Assembly: GCF_009914755.1 (NCBI RefSeq)
Contig: NC_060934.1
Strand: one strand, 5' to 3'
From: the human T2T-CHM13v2.0 reference genome, Homo sapiens
Length of the DNA stretch: 64,000 nt
The stretch's first letter is position 1. Each line of letters opens with the position of its first letter. This document shows, one piece after another, positions 53,910 to 64,000 of the stretch. Position numbers and translations under genes: made by a program. The notes under the pieces were generated by a model that saw only the letters and a list, made by a program, of their open reading frames with translations, made no database searches and was not told the DNA's origin.

Positions 53910-55901
53910 TTTAATCTGCACACTTCCTATGTGGCTTAAATCCATATTGTCTTAGGGTAGTTCCTTTCTCATCCCCCAATTTCCTCCTCTAACGCATATC
54001 ATGGAAGTAGCCATAATCTAAGATTAGTTGCTTATATTAATTATTCAAAACTTCTTCAACCTTTCCGTAGATGAAGGTTAAACTAGTCTTTAGATTTTTT
54101 GAAGATATTAGTGATTGGCTTCGGCTACCAAACACTTTAATTTCAATCAGCACATCATTAGGACGCCAATGAAGCAGCACTGATCCTGAGTCAGGAAAGA
54201 ACTCCCGGCTTTCACAAAAACCATTCAAAGGTATGGGAAATGCTGCTCCAGAGCTGACAAGCCAGCGTCCTCTCATGCCCCTTCAACGCCGGGTTTCTTT
54301 TGATTAACTATTGGTATATTTCCTCTTAATGCCAACAGCAGCCTCCTCTGCTCATCTCTCCCGCTGCCCCCATCAGAAAATCCATAACCACAACCTTTCC
54401 CAGCCTTTAAGCTGCCTCTGGAGAGTCAGGGAAGCCAATGGCATCATTGTTCACGCGGCAACTGTGCTGCACCTCGTTGTGCAAAAGCTTGGTGGGCGTC
54501 CGTGACTTCAGGAGCCCGTGAGAAGGGGAAGCCGTCGGTATTGTGCCTCATGCCAAAGGTTAGCGGCTGCCCCTCCCTGGGGAGGCTCGGTTTGGGATCA
54601 TTTCTGTTTGCAGTGCTATGTGCAACCTTGGCATGCAATCAGCAGAGAAAATATTCATTATTGCCTGACTGTCTGCTGAAGACAATTTCAATTATTCTGG
54701 CATTTCAATGGATGAAGAAGCCCTTTAGGCTGGCCCAGGAGATTAGACTTAAAGGCTCTGTAAATTAGGAAAGTTACAATCAGTATATTATCTGGCAGGC
54801 AGCTGCGGGAGACACCACAGCAGGCAAAGAGAGACAAATTGCTATATTCCGGTTGTGGTTTTGATATATCAATTTACAAGTTTAACATACACATTTGTGA
54901 AAGAATGATTTTGCCTTTCTTAAATCACTTTTAACTGCCTGCACTCGAAGTTTCTGAACCTGTAACTGGAATCGTCAGCTTGCATTGCTGACGTTTTGTT
55001 TTAAAGCCCAATTTCAGCCAGGAAAAAATACTACCAGGGACAGAGCTTGGAAATTAATCTTTCCTAAAGTTATTCAAATAATATAATATATGGCAGTTAA
55101 TCAGAAAATTCCATTTGCAGAAATGTGAATAATGTCCCATATAAAGGCTTTTTCTTTAATGGGATGTTTTTCATGTCTTTTTTTTTTACTAGATTCTCTC
55201 TGTTATGATAACTCTATCTATGTATTTAATATATATTATTTCACCATGCTTGTCTGATGTGATAAGTATGAAAATAAAAATAATTACCATAATAACATGA
55301 TACTTTACAAACATTTGCATAAATGAGGTCTATCGATAAATAAGTTTTTCATGATTCTGTCAAGTTCTTTCTAAATGTTTCCGATTTCTTAGAACTCAGA
55401 TTTCATTTAAACAATAGGTTTTTTAAAAACCTGTTAAGAAATGCCTTGAAAAATGTCTTTTGATATTGATTAATACCTGTAGCTATGCCTGAAATAAAGT
55501 TCACATTTCCTGAGTGAGTTTAAGGTATTTTTCTTTCTCGGATTTTAGGAAGAATTGTTTAGCATTTGCTTAATAGGAAAAACATTTTGTTTTTGAGCTA
55601 GATAGTTCAAGTGAAAAAAAGTTTTAAGTTGTGTCATTGGCTTCAGCTTTTTATGAAACAGATAGAGACATAAGTAAATATTAAAATATAGATATTTTCA
55701 AGGAAGGTTTGTAAATGGCATGTAGCTTTGTTATCCTCCCAATACTCAAGAGGATTTTCCACTGCCTGTGTGTGAAATTCAAAAATAGGTATCTCAAACT
55801 CCAGAGGATGCTTCTTTGCTTTGGAAATATTTATATTCCAATGGACTGAGTGAAGCCAATGGACTGGTTTGTATATATCTTCACTCCCAGTTTATTTTTA
55901 A

Positions 55902-56205
<304 letters not shown>

Positions 56206-58104
56206 TTTAAAGATTTTTCGAATTTTCATGTAATACATTCTATTGAGTATTTATTTGAAGGTCGAGGATTACAATTCAAGTAACGTGTGTCCAAATAGCA
56301 TTTGACCGGGGCCCTGGCTGTAAGTGTTGAATTTAACAGCACTCTATCAGGCTGTCCCCATAGACCTTGTCAGAAAGGTGTTTATCAATCAATAACATGG
56401 AATTCATTTTTTTCTTTCTTGTTTACAGAACCGGACTACCCACCAGGGACAGTTACTTGTCTTTTACAATATCCAGGAAGTGCCCTTCATCACAGACGCT
56501 GAAGTTTGACTGTGGCCTTATGCGGTACATTGTACTGACATATTTTCTCATGGGAACTGTTGGGCTAGTTCAGGCAAGTATCTGCAATGCTTAAACAGAC
56601 AGTTTCAGGCTGGAGAATTTAAGAGACAACCAAATAGAGTTTTAATGCCCTGTAAGATAATAACGAAAGACATTTATGAAAAAAAAAATTCCAGTTAGTT
56701 TGAAAGCCAGGGCCCGCACTCCATATTTTGACAGCAGATGGATGGCTAGCTTGACTGATCCTGGTTTACTTTCTGACTTGAATTTGTCCCCTAGTCCAGT
56801 GAAATCATAAGGGCTCCCTTCAATCTGGTTAATGTTCAGAACCAATGTTTGAGTTTTAGACTAATTAAGGGGCAACCACTGACATTTTTTCTATAATGTG
56901 AAGACTGGTGCCAGCAGTAACTCAGTGAGATTTAACATAAAAGCCAGATAAAACAATTAAAGTGGAAGAATATTTGATTAAGTGGATCACTGATTTATAG
57001 TGAGGTAAATTGAAATTGAAAGGAGAGTGAACTTTTTATGGCAATCATATATTACGTTCATTATCAGAGACTCTGGATCCTTTGTGCTTTTGTGATTTAA
57101 AAAGAAATAAACCAGTTTAAGGAGAGTCATCCTGGCAGGCATCGTTTGTGTCTTGTCTTGAGTTATGGTTTCTTTTCATTGCAAAGGTTAAATAAATCAT
57201 ATTCAAGAAAACTCATTGCAAAACACGCAATCAACATTTGAATAGATGAAAAAGTGTAATAGGGCCACGCATGGCAAAATACACACCGGCACTTTTGTTT
57301 TGGTGAGCTTGACATACACTTCAATCAGCATTTATTTGGTATTTGCAGAAACTGTAACTGTGGCAACATCCCTTAAGGGGTCTTGGGTCTGTTGTCTAGA
57401 AGAGCCATAGATTTGGTATCAGACCTGAGGAAATTGTGAAACAGCCATGTTGCACATGCCTCCTCTTGTTCTGTGACTGGCTCTGCTGCAACAGAAGTTA
57501 AACTGCTTCTGAAGCTTGCTTTAGCAGGTGCTTGGCTTGCAGTGTGCTCCTGACACCCCATCCACAAAATATCTGGCACTTTCCTTACATAAACCAAAAT
57601 GGCTTTTGCAGTGGCCGTGTTGGATTTGCGTTAGAAAGTGAGCATCACAGTCTAGCAGCAAACAGAGAGTGGCAGGGTCAGCACAGGCGAAAGGAAGAGC
57701 AGAGACACAGGTGATTTGGGTAACTCAAAGAGCCTTTCAAAGAAAAAATTAAAACAGCTAATATTTGTTCCCTCCCTGGCTTGCGGGATTCTGGAGGGGG
57801 ACCGGGGAGATACCAGTGAGAAAGGATGGCCGTAGAGGTAGAGATTGACTACATGAAGCAACTATGGAAGGCTCCACTCCCCAGGTGAGACTCTCGTACA
57901 GAACTCTGAGGAACAGAGGAAATCAAAAGAGAAAGTGTGGACCACATTGGGAGAATAGACAGCTCATCAAATTGTTCAATTATAATCTTGATCCTTTGAT
58001 GGCACATCTTAATTGCATTCATTAATTTTTACCAAAATGCTATTTGATTGCTATTGTGAAAACTTTTGTATAAGGAGAAGCCATTAAATCGACTAATGAC
58101 TCAA

Positions 58105-58275
58105 AGAAAGAACTCTGAGCTGAGCTCTGGTCCTGACCTGCCCCTCTCCAGGTGTGTGGCCCTGGGCGAGTCTCACATCCCTCAGGTCCCTGGCTTTCTT
58201 GTGTGCGGGAGGTGGAGGCATACCCGGTGACGGGTAAGGTCCTTCCAGGCTCTAGTAGGCAATGAGTCTGTGATT
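58105..58275 (+). mobile_element. MIR (GC-enriched copy)
   Basis: ctgagctctggtcctgacctgcc...tgtgtggccctgggcgagtc...taaggtccttccag. Confidence 0.55.
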
Positions 58276-59172
58276 GTTATGGAAAATAGGAAAAAGAGGG
58301 CTTATACTAGTCAGCTACAGCTGAGTTTTAAATATCTACATCCCCCAAGAAGGTTAGATGAGTAATCATGCTGGGTGCTGATGGTGATTAGTCGAAGATA
58401 GGAAAGGTATTTTCCACTTTTCAAAGGAAGCAGTTGTTAAAATTCTTGTAATCAAGGCAGAAACAATACACAATGGAGATCTTGTTTTCGTTGTTGTCAG
58501 AGAAGAAAGCAACAACATGGAATCGTGTTTTGTCACCATGCTTTTCGTTGCCAAGGGTCTTTGCCATGGAGTGGAGGGAGACTCGGTGCCATCTGTTCAT
58601 CTATTCAGGACTCCGTGACATTTCTTCCCCTTGGTACCTTTGCTTAGGACACCTGCTTTGAAGTCATTCTAAGCCAAAGCATTGATTCAGAGATGCAAAA
58701 CCAGAGGGAGTGAGGCAGAAGTGAGGGGCTCTGTGGGAGTGAGGGCCGTGAGGGGAGAGGATTGGCATAGACAGCGACTGTGTACTGATCATTTCATAAT
58801 TTGCCCACAAAACTGTCTTTTCTGAAACAATTCTGACTCAATGCTGTTAGGCCATCAAAACTTTTAAGTTTATAAGAACCAGTCCTTAATAACACACCCT
58901 TAGGTTGTTGAAGGTCCTATAAAGAGATATGCAATATGTTTATAAGCAGGTGCATGCCTCATTAATTTATTAAAGTCATCCACTCCTTAGCACACACAGT
59001 TTGCAAATCTCTTTGTGTTTTTCTGTTCACTTCACAGAGGTAGAGGCAGAGACTGCTTGTCCACACATCCCATGGAGACTTGTGCCTTGGGCTAGTCATT
59101 TCACTTCTTATGGCAGGTAGAACTGGGTGGTACAATTGTCTGAAGCTATAGGGAAGATGGAATGGGAGTGGA

Positions 59173-59600
59173 CTTTCTTTCCTCCTTCTCCTCCTCCTGC
59201 TCTTCCTCCTCATCCTCCTCTTCTTCTTCTTCTTATTGTTCTTCTTCTTCCTCTTCCTCTTCCTCTTCTTCTCCTTCTCTTTCTCTTCCTCCTCCTCCTC
59301 CTTCTTCTTCTTCCTCTTCCTCTTCTTCCTCTTCTTCTTTTTCTAAGATAGGGTCTCACTGCATCACCCAGATTGGCATGGCATGTAGTGGTGCAATCGT
59401 ACTTCACTGCAATCTTGAACTCCTGGGCTCAAGCGATCCTCCCACCTCAGCCTCCTGAGTATCTGGGACCACAGGTGTGTCCCACCATGTCTGGTTAATT
59501 AAAAAACATTTATTTTTGTAGAGATGGGGGTCTCGTCATGTTGCCCAGGCTGGTCTCAAACTCCTGGCCTCAAGCCATCCTCCTGCCTCAGCCTCCCAAA
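59173..59600 (-). mobile_element. AluJ (5' truncated) with (CTT/CCT)n expanded tail 59173-59343
   Basis: gatagggtctcact...ctcctgggctcaagcgatcctccc...gcctcccaaa. Confidence 0.9.
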
Positions 59601-59609
59601 TAGAGGAGG

Positions 59610-60595
<986 letters not shown>

Positions 60596-61129
60596 CATTT
60601 TTGATACCTGTTCGGTGTAAGGAGAGTGCGCTAGGGAAATGAGTTGGTTTTCGCGAGTGTGAATACATGGAGACAGTGATGCCCGAGTGCCTTGGAGAGT
60701 TCAGAAATTTAAGGGCCACTGCTCTCAATTTTATTTCGAGATTCCTCTCTTGGAGGGGAACACAGGATATCAGTGCCATATTCAGGATACTTGCCTGGAA
60801 TTTCACCTCTACTTTTCCTATTTATGTCACATAAAATCCCTCTTTAGCTGTGAGCCTAGACCTCAGAAAAGGATGTTGGATCTGGGAAACCCACCCATCT
60901 CTTCTGTCTTCTGTCCCAGTAATTTTGTATCTATACAATTGTGATACAAGGAATATTCTTTAAATTAAACTCTATCATGCCGACATTGTGTTTGCTTTTG
61001 TTCACAGACCTACTACAATGTCTGGTACATAATAAGTGCTCAATAAAATACATAGAATGAATAAATGCATCAAGGGCACACACAAAGCAAAGGAAGTCCC
61101 CAAAGCTTCCTAAAACAAATGCATCACCA

Positions 61130-61700
61130 CCTATTCTTCCCTCCATCCTCTCCTTCTTATTCTTTTTCATCTTGGAGCCAGAACAATCTTTGCCAAACCT
61201 AATTTGGATCAGGTTGCCTCTTTGCTCAAAATTTTCAAGAGTTTCCCTTTGCATTTATGTAAAGGACACATTTCTTGATATGCCCATTGGCCAAACGTGG
61301 TAGCACCAGCCTCTCCAAGTTCCTCTCCTATTTCTTTCTCCCTTTTCTCTCTGCCCTGTTCACACAACATGCTCCAGTCTTGGGGGTCTTTCAAGTGGTC
61401 TTCTCTGTGCTTGACATCGTCTTCCTTTCTTCCTCATTTAACTCCTACTCATCTTTCAGGTGAGCATCCCATCCTCAGGGGAACTGCCACCCACCTTCCT
61501 CAGCCTTCCTTTTAGGTTTCCATAGCAACATCTCCCTCTGCTTCATTTTGTCCTAGTTGCAGTGTTACACTTATTTGTGTTTTAATTTGATTAATATCTG
61601 TCTCCCCCAGCAGGGACCATGCCTGAACAACCACCTCCATCCCCTACCCTATTACCCAACGTAAGGTAGTTGCTCAATAAGAAATAGACCAGTGAATGAA
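61130..61700 (+). mobile_element. L2 remnant
   Basis: gccagaacaatctttgccaaacctaatttggatcagg..tgctcaaaattttcaa...gtagttgctcaataa. Confidence 0.65.
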
Positions 61701-61879
61701 AAGGACAATGGACATTCTTGGAGATGGGAACAATTGCCGGTAATAGTGGCGATGGTGGTTTGTGGGCTGATTATGTGTACAGAATACGCAGATGTTTTTA
61801 GAGCAAGCTGGTAAGCCGCTGTTTCTCCTCTCTGCCTCTCTGAGTCACTGCCCACTATAAGCAGCTGGGGGGTGGATAA

Positions 61880-61970
61880 AACACACTTGCATGCACACAC
61901 ACATGCACACACACATGCACACACATGCACACACACGCACACACATACACGCACACATACCCCTACACAT
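61880..61970. repeat. (CA)n/(CACATG) microsatellite
   Basis: Direct inspection. Confidence 0.9.
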
Positions 61971-63039
61971 TCCAAAGCTCCGGGCTCCAGCAGACATTGG
62001 TGGTGACTCAGCATCCCATTATTTCAAGCATTCTTGTCAATTTCAGTTTTTCTGTGAACATTGATGAGTAGAAGTTTGCCAGAGGAGGAGGTGGGTGGGA
62101 GTTTGGAGTGGATGGAAAGGAAAGAGAGAGGTGGCCCAGAGACCCAGTAAACACTTCGAAAGCTTCTTACGTGTTCAAATATTTAAACACCTATTTCAGG
62201 CTCTTGCAATAATCAGCCATAAACTTACAAAGGTGGTCAGTCCTGAACATTTGGCTGCTGGACTATTCAATTTCTGGCTGCTCCTTAAAAGCTGCAGGCT
62301 AGTTTTGAAACATGGGTATTGTGGGTAAAATACTGACTCACAGGTTTAACATCACAAAAGCCATTCCATGTGAGCAGCTGTGAGAGAAACTGACTTCCTC
62401 CTGAGAAGGGACACAGCAATCTATGAAAAATCAAGTGACTGAATGGGCTTGTCTATAGATATGGACCATTCCTCTTCCTTGGCATTGGGCAGAAATTCTC
62501 CACCAGGTTTAGAATAAAATGATTTCCTATGGCATTGCTTTTACTACCATTTGCAGTTAAGATGTGTGCTTACATGTTTACTAGCTTGATGTGATTAATA
62601 CAGAAACTAAGTAATTCATCCACATTGAAAATGTGTAATTATAGTTTTCTCAAAGTTATATTTAGAAATCCAGAGACTCAAATCCAGAGACTCAAACCAG
62701 GATGTTTGGGTGTAGATGAAAACAGAACAATAGAATATCAAAGCAACTCCCTCCTCCTCTTGCCCCCAGCACAAAACTAACTGCGGGACCTTTATCTAAG
62801 ATGAATTTTGAAACCTTATGTTCTTTGCTTGTAATGGCATTCTTATGTCAATGCAGGAGGCCCCATCTCTGCAAACCCAGTTCTGTCAAACTTTTTTTTT
62901 GGCCATTCCTCCATCATCGAAGAATCGCAGTTCAAGAGATGCTCCCCTCTCATTAGCAATGGCACTTTCTTCCTTTGGGCATGCTGGAATTACATCATCA
63001 GTGATAATGATAATCATAAAGGTGGCCCAGAATCACTGG

Positions 63040-63200
63040 GTCCTTGTCCTACTTTGGACAGTTAAGCAACCTATAAAGTAAGTACTATTGTCCCATTTTA
63101 CAGATAAGAAAAATGAGTCTTAGAAAGATTGTACAACTTGGTAGTAAGTGAAAGTGGGACTCAAATGCCTCAAACTTTTTGATAGCATTCAGCACCATCC
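63040..63200 (-). mobile_element. MIR
   Basis: cccattttacagataagaaaaatgag. Confidence 0.65.
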
Positions 63201-63333
63201 TAATCATTACTACGCTGTCTTTTACATTTTTCATCATTGTTCCCTGAACATTGAGGGTCAGAATTCTGTTTTGGACTCACATTGAACCTCTCCTAGTTTG
63301 GAACGAGCACCTTGAGGATAGGAAGTGTGTCTA

Positions 63334-63633
63334 GGCCAGGCGCGGTGGCTCACACCTGCAATCTCAGCACTTTGGGAGGCTGAGGTGGGCAGATCACTTG
63401 AGGTCAGGAGTTTGAGATCAGCCTGGCCAACTTGGTGAAATCCCATCTCTACTGAAAATAAAAAAATTAGCCAGGTGTGGTGGTATGTGCCTGTAATCCC
63501 AGCTATTCGGGAGGCTGGGGCAGGAGGACCGCTTGAGCCTGGGAGTTTGGAGGCTGCAGTGAGCTGAGATCGCACTACTGCACTCCAGCCTGGGTGACAG
63601 AGGGAGACTGTGCCTCCAAAAAGAAAAAAAAAA
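63334..63633 (+). mobile_element. Alu (Jb/Sz-like) inserted into an L2 3' end
   Basis: TSD ggaagtgtgtcta / gggagtgtgtcta; L2 terminus gtaggtgcttaataaatattt follows. Confidence 0.9.
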
Positions 63634-64000
63634 GGGAGTGTGTCTAATTCATTTTTATATCTTCAATCTTAGCTGAGCCTCCAGCATAATGTAGGTGCTT
63701 AATAAATATTTAATAAGTAGATGAATAAAAAAAGTGATAGAAAAGATGAGGTCTACTAGTTACTGATTCCCATGTGAAATTGCCATGCCTTATTCTTTTT
63801 ATGAAGGGACGCTTATGTTCCATTCTTCTTGTTTGGCCTAAGTGTAGAGAATGTGACAAAATCATCATGAAAATACAGAAATTGAGCTTTCCAACTCAAG
63901 GAACAGTGATAGCAGAGAAAATCTTTAAAAAATTAAAAAGAAACAGACACATCCTGGTACCTGGTGTTTGCTTTGTGGACGAACTCTCTTTGGCTCACTA

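Overview
This is primate, very probably human, non-coding genomic DNA (intergenic or a large intron). The evidence is AluJ/S/Y, L1PA, MIR, L2, MaLR/ERV solo LTRs and hAT/Tigger/Mariner MITEs. I find no protein-coding gene, RNA gene or CRISPR-like array. The ORF-track entries come from Alu/L1/LTR sequence, simple repeats or chance, and I cannot name the locus. I cannot support a claim of a new biological system. The best leads are structural or regulatory: (i) a ~260-bp local duplicate wrapped in ~90-bp inverted repeats (6.4-7.7 kb); (ii) a ~2.1-kb AT-rich array apparently grown from an Alu tail/TSD junction (23.4-25.5 kb); (iii) a nested MLT1F>MER39>AluJ structure whose insertion junction was later triplicated and which lies in a CpG-rich patch (51.4-53.6 kb); (iv) an unexplained ~120-nt near-perfect hairpin (49.2 kb); (v) an LTR9-family solo LTR with intact octamer and YY1 motifs; (vi) several well-formed candidate exons, including a 24-nt microexon, that may belong to lncRNAs or a host gene; (vii) repeat-free stretches rich in homeodomain motifs. 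Repeat family names come from recalled consensus sequences, not a RepeatMasker run. Boundaries of old repeats are approximate.
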